In this document: one piece after another, positions 1 to 12,274 of the stretch
Numbering within the stretch: position 1 is the stretch's first letter
Layout: each line of letters opens with the position of its first letter
Assembly: GCA_030704615.1 (NCBI GenBank)
Contig: CM060731.1
Coordinates: 54,994,001 to 55,058,000, forward strand
DNA: 64,000 nt
Origin: Takakia lepidozioides
Taxonomy: Eukaryota > Plantae > Bryophyta
Direction: 5' to 3'
Position numbers and translations under genes: made by a program
The notes under the pieces: generated by a model
The model's database searches: none
What the model saw: only the letters and a program-made list of their open reading frames with translations
What the model was told of the DNA's origin: nothing

Positions 1-394
1 ATGTTTCCCTTCTCTGATCTTAGGAAGGGGAGGGAAGACAACGACTCAATTGTGACCTCCAGTTCAGCTGTATGACACCTGTTCCCATTTTGCATCTATG
101 TTTTGCAGGTTTCTCCTGTTAACGAGTTAATTGTGTTCTTTCGCACTACAGAAATATGTATATCTTTTGTGAAGTCGTGGTCCTGCAGGAAAAGTGAAGT
201 TACATATGTGCAATTGATATCACATCAAGTTCAGAGTTTCTGCTTGGATATAAAATTATTCTTCTGCTCAGCATATGCAAAGAATTAAATTATATTTTCG
301 TGAGATTTGTTGAACCCCTTTAACCACTAAGCTGTTCAGGATCTTCGTAGATATATATGCACCAGTACCAAAATTGTGAGGTGTGCACATACAG

Positions 395-3300
395 GATGAT
401 GGTCTGTATGATGAGAAGAACGCAGAGCTAGTGCGAGAGGATGCAGCTGGAGTTTCGAAGGAAGTGGAGACATTTGAGCTCCTGCGGGGTGAATTGGCTG
501 CACTTGAATCTCGGCTCAGGCAATGTGCTGGCCAAACAACCTCTGACAGGGTGGGTCCCTTTCCTTACTAGCTCTACCTCTCTATTCAGCACTGCATATG
601 AAGGTAAGTCTTACTACCAATGTCAGCCCCTGACAGAGGTAGGTTCTGTCCCTTTTGTTTCCGCTCAAACTGGGCGCGTGGTCAATGGCCACAAGGCTAC
701 GGCAAACAACGTCTTATGAGTACAATCTATTCAGCACTGCACCACTTCCTGGTTTGGACTGAGATCAAAGTTATTTCCCCAACACTCTGTGAAACGTTCG
801 ATATGGAAGTGGTGCATAGAAAAATTCCAAAATGAAGAGGTCAAGGCTGAATATGTCCAGGCCTTGCAAGAGGCTCTCCCTCATTTGGTCCATTTGCTCC
901 AAGATCTTCAGTCTCGCTCTGGCAATGCAAGAAATGAAGTTGAAAGAGTGGTGGATTCTTGGGAGAGCTTCGTATCCTCTATGGCTGACAAGATGATTGT
1001 CTGCAGTAGAGCTGTCAATTGGTGGACCAATGAGATCAAAGTCAAGATAGCCGAAAGACCGAGTCTTCTATGCATAATGGAAGTCAACAAAAAATTGTTG
1101 GCTAGGTACTACCAGATCTGCAAAGTATCAATCAGCTCATAAGGTCTCAGAAGAAATTATATTGGGACAAGTTATAAAGTGAAATAAAACTCAAATCACC
1201 ATGGTGGTAATAACAAGAGATTCTAGTTGGCCCTTCAACGTCTGTACAAGCCGAAGAATTGTCAGCAAGTACAAGCGTTGAGGAGTACTAAGGGTGCATT
1301 GGTTACATCAACGGTTGACGTTGTCAAAACCGAAACTCGCTACAGTACCCTTGGCAGAATTTCTAGGTTCTAATGTGAGGGGTTTTCTGAAGAATGGAAG
1401 GACACAGTAGAAGACATGTTTCTATAATTCAAGTCAGTCCTGAGATCAAACTCAGTGGTGACTTCAACAGTTGACAAAACCTTTGAAACTCACTACAGTA
1501 TCCTTGGCAGAAATTCTAGGTTTAGTGAGGGGTCTTCCAAAGAATAGAAGAACACAGTTGAAAAGACTGTTCCTATGATTCAAGGTAGCCCTGATGAACT
1601 GGAGTATATTTCAAAGGGTAAAGACACTCCCATTAGTTCTTCTGAGATTGTGGGGAGCAATTCAGCATTTAAACGGATATAAAGCTGGTGGACCCGATGG
1701 CATAGTCAACGAGCTTATCAAGCACGGTGGTGACCCCATTGTAGAAGCCCTTGTACTTCGCTTTAACCTTATCTTGAGGACTGAAATGATCCCCTTTCGC
1801 TGGCGACAGGGGGCCATTGTCAATCTACGCAAGAATGGTGACAGAGAAGAGCCAGGAAACTATCGAGGCATCACGCTTCAAAATGCAGTTGGCCTGATCT
1901 TTTGCAGAGTTATAAGTACTCGTCTCGAGGTTGATCTGGAGTCTCGAGGTTGTCTCCATGAAGGCCAAGCTGGCTTTCGGAGAAACAGGCTGTGTGGATC
2001 ATATCTTCACTCTAAGCCAGATTATCCAGAGAAGGAAAAAAGAAGGGAAACCAAATTTTTGTCTTTTTCTTGGATGTCAAAAAGGTTTATGACACAGTGA
2101 ATGACTCAATCGTTCATTGAGTACGTCCTTTCCTGGATGGTCTATGCCTCTGACTCTGGTCATCTGGGATCAAGGGAAAGATGTGGAGAGTGATCCATAA
2201 CTTGTATGCTCACACCAAAAGCTGTGTCACTGTTAATGGACAAAAGTCTAACTCCTTTGACATAGACCGAGGTGTAACTCAAGGAGGTACCCTCAGCCCT
2301 CTGCTCTTCAATGTTTTCATCCAATCTTCAGGAGTTGATTGATTGCGCAAAGAGATTCTTTGACCTTTGGGGCTAGAGGCTAACGTCAGTAAATGCACAG
2401 TGGTGGCGTTGAGTTTTCCTCCAACTGTAATTGGGATGCACATATTCAAAAAGTAGTTCAATCTGGCAAGCGCAAAACGTTGGGTCTCACTAAATTTTTC
2501 CACTGCAGAGGGATCAACTCTGAAGTCAAAAATACCATGCTTCGCCGCATTATTAGGCCTGCCTTGGAGTACGCATCTGCAGTGTGGGTTGATAACTGCA
2601 ACCAGGCGAAGTCTCTAGAATCCATTCAAGTCGGGGTGCTTAAGGAGTGCATATCAGCATGCTCTAAAACAGCTAATGTGTCTGTTCGGGGTGAGTTTGG
2701 CATCCCTCCCTTAAACTCCCGACGAGATGAATTCAAGGTCAGGTGGTGGGGTCAGCTGCAAAGTGTGACTTATAATAGATATCCGAAGTTAATGGACTCT
2801 ATATCGTGAGGGCAGGATCTCCCTGTCAAACACGCTAAGTCCTGGCTGAAGAGGGTAGAAGAGATTCTCAAGAATCTGAAATGAAGTCCGCAAGTCTTGA
2901 CCCTGCTGGATAAATTGGACTTAGAGGCTGTAGTGTCCAACACCATGTCTGTTGCCAAGAAATTGGCTGATGAAAATGAAGCTGGGCAGAAAACTTCCCT
3001 GAGCTTGCTTCCAGTCTGTGACATGGGGGAGGCCATCATGGACCTCAAGGGTTTCACCACTCTCTGCACTAGACTGAAATTTAAACTCAGGGCGTGAAGC
3101 CTACGTTTGAACAGCAAACAGATGCAGAGAGGAAAGGGGGATTGCAAATGCCTGTTGTGTGGGCAACCTGAAGACAATGTTCATTTTCTGATTCATTGTC
3201 CTGGGTACTCTCACCAGAGAGAGGCCCTCTTTAAATCCATCAAGGGATTTGTGCCTGTACCTCTGTTTACCGACTCAAAAAATCTCGACGCTGAGCCAAA

Positions 3301-5537
3301 AGATCAGGCCAGCCCTGTTCTGTGGCTGTTCGGGATGTGTTTGGCAATCCTCTCTTAAGCTCCCGACGAGATGAATTCAAGGTCAGATGGTGGAGTCAGC
3401 TGCAACATATATGGCTCATCCAGATATCCCAAGTTAATGTACTCTATATCTTGGAAGCAGGATCGCCCTGTCAAACAGGCTAAGTCCTGGCAGAAGAGGG
3501 TAGAAGTTATTTTCAAGGATCTGAATCTAAGTCCGCAAGTCTTGACCCTGCTGGATGAATCTGACTTAAGAGGCTATAGTGTCCAAGGCCATGTCTGTTG
3601 CCAGGAAATTGTCTGATGAAAATGAAGTTAGGCAGAAAACTTCTCTGAACTTGTTTGCAGTCTGTAACATGGGTGAGGCCATCATGGATGACCTCAAGGG
3701 CTTACCCACTCTTGGCACTAGATTGAAATTTAAATTCGGGGCGGGAAGCCTACCTTTGAATATTAAACAGACGCACAGCGAACAGAGGGATGCAATTGCC
3801 CATAGTGTGGCGACCTGAAGACAATATCCACTTTCTGGTTCATTCTCCAGGTATTCTCACCAGAGAGACACCCTCTTCAAATCCATCAAGGGAATTGTTC
3901 CTGTACCTCTGTTTACCAACTTTGAAATGGAGGCCGAGCCAAAAGCCTCACCTATGCATCATCCCAATCCCAATGTACCTTATTCCCACCCTTTTGGGGT
4001 CTAGTTATGGGGCAAATCACTCACAGCAGATTGATGTTTGTGTGAAGGAATTTCTAGAGGATATCTGAAAAACTCGGATCAATTGTCTGTTCCAAGGTAA
4101 GTCATACTACCGGAGTCAGCCCCTGACAAAGGTAGTTTCTGTCCCTTTGTGTTCTGCTCAAATTGGGTGCAGGGTCAATGGCCACAAGGCTACGGCAAAC
4201 AACATCTTATGGTACATTTTTATTTGGCCGTGTTCCTCTCTTCTCCTTCCTTTCCATTTATGTGGGCTCTCTCCTGTGCATGGTATGGGTGCAGCCATTG
4301 TCAGAAGAAGAGGGGGTCTGTGCATCTGATTATGAGATCCAAAGCAGCAGCTCATTCAGGCTTGACGATGACACCACGGATGTTGAGCTGGCAGGGGCAT
4401 ATGGAGATGTTTTCAGCAAGTCAATTGAAAAGCTCAAGGATGCTAGTTCTGTAAGACCAGCGAGCCCTGCACTTATTATTTACTGGCAAGGCAAGGTGTT
4501 GATTTTACAAAAGTGATTTATCCTCTTCCTGGTTAGAACTGTTGGCAATGGTTATTGTGAGTTGTTAGTTGTTCCATTTCTCTTCCTTACCCTGTTACTC
4601 CTTGTCGTACTCTAACCCCACATAATGCTCATGTGAGCAGGATGTATGGAGGGGCACACAGCTTTTGGGAACAGATGTGGGAGCAGCGATCGTGCTCCTT
4701 AGAACAAGCGTGGCAGGCCAACCACTGACCAATCGAGAACAGAAGATTTTGCGGCGGACACTAACAGATCTTGCGTCTGTTATACCAATTGGCTTTCTGA
4801 TGTTACTGCCAGTAAGTTCTCAAGGCTACACTAAGTGAATTCTGTTGTAAGTCAACAAGCAATTCCTACTTCTGTTGTCGTCAATCTTGCCCATTGGTAG
4901 TACAAATCTTCCAACATAGGGTGATTTTCTGGAATAGATGAAGTTCATTCGATTGGTTAAACGATATATTTCATCATTTGGCTCATGTAGCATTCATTGC
5001 TCCTTTGTGGATAGCCTAAAACAATTGACCACCTTTCCCCATCCAATTTCTCATTACTTTCAATTGCCGTTGCCCATAAGTTCTTATTCAGCTTCTAGCT
5101 GTTGAACAGCGTGTTTGTTTTCACCTCAGGTTACCGCTGTCGGACATGCAGCTATTCTAGCTGCCATCCAGAAATATGTGCCTGCTCTGGTCAGTATTGT
5201 CCATCTCTATCCCCTTTCTTCCTTATTTCCTGCACTTTGTGTAGCTGTCAGTATAATTTTTAGGTGTTCCTAACAAACTGATTTGCTGCCTGCCCAAAGA
5301 TAATAGGGAAACATGAGTATCAGTATGCTTTTGGAGAAGGTGATGTATTTGCCACTCAGATCTGTGCATTGTGTATGTCTACAGATTCCAAGTGCATATG
5401 CTCCCGAGCGGTTGGATGTCTTGAGGCGGCTGGAACAAGTTAGACATTTGGAGCCCCAGACTGCAGGCACTGAAAAGCTGATCAGATCTCCCAGAAAACT
5501 CGAGGGATCCTCACAAAGCAAGACTGATGAAAACTAG
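395..5537 (+). CDS. Plant LETM1-like protein, 3' exons (395-550, 4295-4450, 4641-4811, 5130-5189, 5385-5537); 5' part lies upstream of these exons
   Basis: All five exons have AG/GT boundaries and join in phase 0. The spliced product reads ...DVWRGTQLLGTDVGAAIVLLRTSVAGQPLTNREQKILRRTLTDLASVIPIGFLMLLP/VTAVGHAAILAAIQKYVPAL/IPSAYAPERLDVLRRLEQV..., which I recognise as the C-terminus of plant LETM1-like proteins. Stop TAG ends at 5537. Confidence 0.88.
597..725 (+). mobile_element. Short (~130 bp) 3' fragment of the RTE/RTE-X-like LINE, with 16-bp TSD
   Basis: Matches the 3' end of the LINE at 57897-60489 (...GCCACAAGGCTACGGCAAACAACGTCTTATGAGTACAA). TSD TCTATTCAGCACTGCA at 581-596 and 726-741. 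Confidence 0.9.
742..4215 (+). mobile_element. Degenerate intronic LINE (RTE/RTE-X-like): a long decayed copy (~742-3320) plus a second 3' portion (~3320-4215)
   Basis: Fragmented ORF2: HHFLVW (end of AP-endonuclease), [38 protein letters not shown], CxxC...HFLIHC zinc knuckle. Many stops and frameshifts; the 3' region is duplicated. Confidence 0.88.
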
Positions 5538-6411
5538 GAGAGAGAGCCAAAACCAATTATAGAGTCTGCTGAAACTACTTCCATGTCAATGTAGGAAGTG
5601 TAAGTTGTCAAAGGTCTACGGACAATTGTTTGCCTGGTTTGATAATACACACAGAATTGAATGCAAGTGAGGGGTATGGCCTGTTTGGAAGGGGTTCCAA
5701 AGCAAGCAAGACCCATTCATTGATAGTTCCAGTGCCCAAGTGGTGAAAGCTGGGATTTCTAGTAAATGTTGGAGGAACATTTATTGTACATGTTTACAGC
5801 TATGATGTAAATGCTTAGGATCAATCATGGGTAAATGTCCCATTTGCGGCTACACTGCATTTTTGCCACTGATCAGTATGTGAGTTGAAAAGGAGTGATC
5901 AGAAGAGCTTAGAGCTAGTGCTAATTCTTGTTGAAAGTGCACCAATATCCCAAAGTCTGATTTTTGGAAGGCAACAATGTAAAAACTTTTCTTTGCAAGC
6001 TAACCCACTGCAGCAAGGACAACCTCGAAATGTGGTGGAAGAAAACTATTTGGGTGTTTCTTGGACACATAGTCAGTCTTTGTAAGCAATTCAAGAAGCT
6101 CTTATCATTTCATGGTAAGCTGATTTTTCTGAAGTCTTGATACAAAGATTTGGGAGAGTGACTAACTAGGAAGTGAGAAGTTATGTGAAACCGTGTGGGC
6201 TGCCGGCACTTTCATGTGTGCAACAAAAGAGATGACTTTCTCTAATACGCTTGTGATGAAAGGATCCCTATGACCCAGTGTATAAGGGAAGAGCCAACAC
6301 CAGCTCCTTTTCATATATTAAATATTGGCCATGCCTCGCGTAGCACCTCAAGTAAGGCAGGAAGGCCGCCCAGCCTGGCCAAGCACCTCATAAGATGTAA
6401 GGTCCACACTG

Positions 6412-6870
6412 TACGTGCGTATATATATCGCTACACAACTACACCGCTGTCCAAACCACACAGTACACAAATAGTAGCCATAAAAGTTTGTCATAATGAT
6501 AAGAACTCAAGTACATCATACAATCTATCACTCACAAACATAAGTCAAGCCTGGCGGACTCCACGCTACTACGGCTCATTCATGCTCACATGCTGCAAGC
6601 TCACCGCCGTGAGGCTCAGCTCGAGATGAGCCTCACACAACGAACGTGAGGATGAGCAAGTGGAGGTGCCAAGATAATTTTGGCACCTCTTTTGGTACTT
6701 GGTCAAGTCGAGATGCTAAACAATATTAATTAGATAATATTTAGCTATTTTCAGACGAAAAATTCGATTAGCTTGACAGCTGTCGTGCGTATACATATCG
6801 CTACACAACTCCATCGTTGTCCAAACCACACAACACACAAATAATAGCCATAAAAATCTGTAATAATCAG
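6412..6870. repeat. Imperfect ~85-bp direct repeat (about 6415-6500 and 6785-6870) with a GTGAGGCTCA...TGAGCCTCAC hairpin between the copies
   Basis: GTGCGTATA(T/C)ATATCGCTACACAACT...TGTCCAAACCACAC...TAGCCATAAAA occurs twice; the inverted repeat lies at ~6609-6636. Confidence 0.6.
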
Positions 6871-8286
6871 CCCCCTAGTTAGTGGTTAGATCCCCCTAAC
6901 TACAAGATTTAATAACAACCACAGCCTCGCTTATAGGGGCCTCCTCCAATTTCTAGCCACTAAATACAATGGCCTTCACTCCCTGCCACCACTCTCCCAC
7001 GGCTAGAACTCTATACATCTTACGCCAAATGAGTTATAAGCATATAAACCGATCTTCCAGGCTATCCTAACACCATCTCACCCCTTGAACAAGCATGGCT
7101 TACCAGCCCATCCCTATCTAAACTTGAGATCCAACACCCTCCCCAAAAAACACCCATACTTGTCTACTTTAAACTCAAATATATCACAACACTCACCCAA
7201 CTTACCACAGCCTCTGGCTACAGGTTACTTTCCCCCCGAGAGTTCACTATTCAATACTCCAGAGCAACGGTAAAACATGCCGGTTCCTGGCCATACTTCG
7301 AACTTTTTTTTGCCACAAGACCCCCTCCTGTACCCTTGAGTGTGATATGCCATGCAAACTCTTCCCTCATCATAAACAAGACCTTCTCCCCCAATATAGA
7401 ACCAGTCCAGTCCCTTCTATCCTTAGTAAGCTGATAGTACATACATCTCACCCACCCGCACCCTACTAATGAGCCCCCCCCCCCCCCCCAAATGGCGGTC
7501 GGTTCACATCCGAATATACCCACCATCCCCCGCATTACCTCCGCTCACAACCCCACCCCCTTGCTGATGTCCCCAATCCACCTGACCTCACCCCCTAACC
7601 CTCTACATATTAACCCAAACAACCCAGACGCCTTCATTATTGAAGCTATTCTTGGTACCGGAACTCAAACTACCATTGATGAGTTTGGTGCTACATGCCT
7701 AGACACCTTCTATCGAGGTTAGCTATTTCATGAGCATGAGTGGCATGAGCGGCATGAGCGGAGTAGCAAGACAATCGGTTTTCATGAGCAGAAGTACAAA
7801 TTTTGGAAATAAAAAAACATTAAAAAACATTATTTTTAATGGAATGTGTCAAAAAACAATATAATATTCATTGTTTGAAGTAAAAATTGTAGTTTTGAGA
7901 GCCGTGCTCATGATATTTTGTCTTCCGCTCATGCGAATTCCGAGCGACATCTGCAAAAATGGCGCCGAATTTCGCGGTAATAGGTTTTGCAACCGGAGAA
8001 AGCTGCGACGTATTTCGCGGTAATAGGTGTCTCCGGCGAAAAATGGTGCCGAATTTCACGGCTATAGGTCCCAACATGGCAGGTGTGTAAGCCCAAAATT
8101 TGGAAATGTGGTGCCGAATTTCGGTACATGGTGCCGGGGATTGCACAGATGTTGGGCAGTTCTTGGGCCATGTAACTGGAGATTCGGCGCCATTTTCTCA
8201 AACATCGGACTTGCGGTGCTCGACGAAACCTCCTCGGGCAACAACACGGGACCACGAGGGAGCGTGCGAATATTCTTGTCAACTCG

Positions 8287-9771
8287 TCATGAATCCTCTT
8301 CTCCGTCAGGTGCCTCGTCAAGTCTTCGTCTCACTGGACGGGTGTGAACATCTCCTTTCAAGTGTTGGCCACTTCGAAGCAATGGCGTGCCCCGAAGGCC
8401 CTCTCGCAAGGCTGCCGCCCACTTGCGAGGATTCTTCGATCTGGAGGCAGTCTGCATCAGCATTTCCTGCCTGTCCGGCCCCAAGCCCCACTGTTTCCCT
8501 TTCAAGAACTCGTTGTACCTGCATTGCTGCATAATTGACCTGACAATGTCCTCCGTTGTGGCAGTGAGGATGTCCACCAGATGCGCCGCAGAGAAGACAC
8601 GCAAGGAAGAATGTACTGATTCGGCCATGTTTGTTGTCGGCATGTCAGTGTCGGAGTCGAGACACATTTCCTGCACATGCACATGTTCAGGTTACAAGCA
8701 AATTACAAATAATGAGTAGCTAGCATAATATTCAACGGGACGCAAATTTGTCCAACTCACCTCCCGTATATAGTCGCCGAACTGGAGGAAACGATAATGC
8801 CACCATGTTAGCCAACTGACCATTGCTCCCTCGTCTGATTTCTTTACAGCACCTGACGTTGTCCACCAAGCCCATATACATGCAAACTGTGTCTCTGCAT
8901 CATCCAAGGTGGGAGCACACTTCCACGCAAGACACATGGAACGGTGCTTCTCTCTGAAATCTGGCGCCACGAGCCTGGTTGTGTACTGCGACAAGCTCTG
9001 CAGAAAATGGAACCCACAAGATCTCTCCTTGTTTTTCATCGGAACATTGGGGTCTTCCCCGTACACCCTTCGGATGGCAGCCCAATTTGCTTGTGCGTTG
9101 TCCGCCATGAAACCACGAAAATTGGGAGGGGGAAATCCTGCCCTGGCCATCTGTTCGTTTATTCCCTGCCAAAGAAGCATCTCCGATTGTGTGTCCTCTC
9201 CTTTCATCTCACAAATAACAATTGTCATTAGCATCCTGTAGTGGGTGTCGTAGACATGTGCACCCATTGTCACCCACTGATGATTTGTAATTCGCTTGAT
9301 ATAGTCGAACATGACCCAACTATTTGACAAGTCCCCACTCGTCATCCGGTGGACCAATTCGACGCCGCTACCAGGCCCACACGTTGACATTTTGAATACG
9401 AAACAACGATCTGCCTCAGTCCCTTGTCCTGGAAATCTACTTCCATGAATGTAGTCATATCCACATCGTTGCTTCACCTCCAGAATGGAATGCATATCCG
9501 AGCCACGCCCAATTCTCTGTTTGCAGGAGACAATGTGGTTTCGGACATTCGGTGAACAGACGTGGAACACCGACTCCAGCAATGTCTCCATTTCCTTCTC
9601 ATCAAGAGGAACTCTGTCGGAGCCGTCTTCCGACATAATTCTGGCCAATGCCATCTTATGGGCGGCCTGCAGCTGTATCTGTTTGGGTTTGGCACCAGGG
9701 TTCAACTTAACCTCCTCCTGAACGAGCTGCTCTGCCTCGTGGGCAGCCTCCCGCGAGTTACCCCTCGTCAA
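8287..9771 (-). pseudogene. MULE-type DDE transposase, two exons (9771-8761 and 8670-8287); N-terminus not located
   Basis: Motifs WVMFD, FRGFMADNAQANW, CGFH and TTNMAESVH give the D-D-CxxH-E order of Mutator transposases. The 90-bp intron GTGAGT...TGCAG (8760-8671) joins the ORFs in frame. The frame reopens after the TGA at 8289-8287, so that stop may be premature. Confidence 0.75.
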
Positions 9772-9795
9772 TTTGTGACAATGGGAACCAACTTG

Positions 9796-10925
9796 TCGGA
9801 TGAAGTCGTCTCAGGGGGACAGGCCGACACCTGGCCGACAGAGAACATCCCTCGGATGGAAAAACGGCGCCGAATTTCCATTAGAGGCCGTTCGGATGAA
9901 GTTGTCTCGGGGGGAGAGGCCGACACCTGGCCGACAGAGAACATCCCTCGGATGGAAAAACGGCGTCGAATCTCCAATGAGGCCGTTTGGATGAAGTTGT
10001 CTCGGGGGTAGAGGCCAACACCTGGCCTACAGAGAATATCCCCCGGATGGCAAAACGGCGCCGAATTTCCATACGAGGCCCGTCGGATGAAGTCGTCTCA
10101 GGGGGAGAGGCCGACACCTGGCCGACAGACAACATCCCTCGGATGGAAAAACGGCGCCAAATTTCCATCCGAGGCCGTTCGGATGAAGTCGTCTCGTGGG
10201 GAGAGGACGACACCTGCCCGACAGAGAACATCCCTCGGATGAAAAAACGGCGCCGAATTTCCATCCGAGGCCGTTCGGATGAAGTGGTCTCGGGGGGAGA
10301 GGCCGACACCTGGCCGACAGAGAACATCCATCGCATGGAAAAACGGCGCCGAATTTCCATACGAGGCCTGTCGGATGAAGTCGTCTCGGGGGGAGAGGCC
10401 GACACCTGGCCGACAGAGAACATCCATCGCATGGAAAAACGGCGCCGAAATTCCATCCCAGGCCATTCGGATGAAGTCGTCTCGTGGGGAGAGGACGACA
10501 CCTGCCCGACAGAGAACAGCCCTCGGATGGAAAAACGGCGCCGAATTTCCATCCGAGGCCGTTCGGATGAAGTCGTCTCGGGGGGAGAGGCCGACACCCG
10601 GCCGAAAGAGAACATCCCCCGGATGGAAAAACGGCGCCGAATTTCCATTCGAGGCCCGTCGGATGAAGTCGTCTCGGGGGGAGAGGCCGACACCTGGCCG
10701 ACAGAGAACATCCCCCGGATGGAAAAACGGCGCCGAATTTCAGAACAAGGCCCGTCGGATGAAGTCGTCTCGAGGGGAGAGGCCGACATCTAGCCGACAG
10801 AGAACATCCCTCGAATGGAAAAACAGCGCCGTATTTCCATCCAAGGCCGCACGGATGGAGTCGTCTCGGGGGGGAGTGGCCGAAAGAGATCATCTGCAGG
10901 ATGGAAAAACGGCGCCGAATATCCA
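9796..10925. repeat. Tandem array of ~12 x 96-bp units, each with a palindromic core
   Basis: TCGGATGAAGTCGTCTCGGGGGGAGAGGCCGACACC recurs every 95-96 bp; core GGATGGAAAAACGGCGCCGAATTTCCATCC. Confidence 0.93.
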
Positions 10926-11109
10926 TCGACAGACGCCCGTATCGACCCTTCATCAACAATTTTGATTCGTTTTTCGCGTTTTTTTGTCTAATCAGTCACT
11001 CAACTTAGAGTTTTTCGCCTGCGGTCCACTTTTTGGCACGTTATGCCCACCAATGTCGTCCGGTACAGACAAATTCGGTGCCGGATTTCCATCCATGAGG
11101 TGGACCGAT

Positions 11110-11690
11110 TTACTTGCAGGATGGAAATTCGGCGCCGGTTTTCCATCCTGCAGCGCTCCGGTTTACCTGCAGGATGGAAATTCGGAGCCGGTTTTCCATC
11201 CTGCAGCGCTCCGGGTTACCTGCAGGATGGAAATTCGGCGCCGGTTTTCCATCCTGCAACGCTTCGGTTTACCTGCAGGATGGAAATTCGGCGCCGGTTT
11301 TCCATCCTGCAGCGTTCCGGTTTACTTGCAGGATGGAAATTCGGCGCCGGTTTTCCATCCTGCAGCGCTCCGGGTTACCTGCAGGATGGAAATTCGGCGC
11401 CGGTTTTCCATCCTGCAGCGCTTCGGTTTACCTGCAGGATGGATATTCGGCGCCGGTTTTCCATCCGGCCGCGCTCCCGCTTGCCTGCAGGATGGAAATT
11501 CGGAACCGGTTTTCCATCCGGCCGCGCACCCGCTTGCCTGCAGGATGGAAATTCGGCGCCGGTTTTCCATCCTGCAGCGCTCCGGTTTACCTGCAGGATG
11601 GAAATTCGGCGCTGGTTTTCCATCCTGCAGCGCTCCGGGTTACCTGCATGATGGAAATTCGGCGCCGGTTTTCCATCCGGCTGCTTCTGG
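11110..11690. repeat. Tandem array of ~11 x 53-bp units, each a ~40-bp near-perfect palindrome plus a ~13-bp linker
   Basis: Unit CTGCAGGATGGAAATTCGGCGCCGGTTTTCCATCCTGCAG + CGCTCCGG(T/G)TTAC. Confidence 0.93.
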
Positions 11691-12274
11691 ATGAGAACGT
11701 CTCGGGCAGAGGGAGGGCCATGGTGCGTCCCACTTCATCCGCTGAATGGAAATTCGGCGTCGTTTTTTTCCATCCAGTGGGTTGTTGATGAAGTCTCGGG
11801 GGGAGGGTGGGCCAGGTGGCGCCTGTGGGCGACCTCCATACCTACATTTAAGGGCGCATTTGCGCATTAAATGTCCTCCGCCGTCTGTTTTGAACCGGAC
11901 TTTCCACACAGATACCGCGCTTGCTTCTCGGATATGCCTTCGACACCTGATGTGACGGGTGGATGAAGTTCCATTCGAGGCATGTACGCACGCATTCTGC
12001 GGGAGATTTTTTCTTTTACTCGGACGTATGCCGCGTGGAGAAGGGCGTGGCTCTCTTGAGAGAAACCCCACATCCAGACCGCGTCGCAAACTGAAGCCTT
12101 TGTACTACGGGCGGCAATGTGGCAATGCCGACCAGCCGACCAGCCGAAGCGGCAACGCGCCTTCTGTACAGGTACATATGCGTTGCCTTTCTTTGATCTG
12201 TGGCCATTGTAGTCCCTACATTTCCAGGATGTAAGTTGCCTTATGTGGCGCATGAATATTAGTTGTGAAGCCCC

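Noticed and set aside
6870-7720. C-rich coding-like segment with a chromodomain-like start (FIIEAILG)
   Set aside because: Too short and degenerate to assign; possibly a retroelement remnant.
11110-11690. CRISPR-like appearance (palindromic repeats with spacers)
   Set aside because: The linkers are ~13 bp and nearly identical to each other, there are no cas genes, and the context is eukaryotic. It is a tandem repeat.
9881-11788. Long repetitive ORFs (200-310 aa) as protein genes
   Set aside because: They are open in multiple frames on both strands because the GC-rich repeat units lack stop codons; there is no independent coding evidence.
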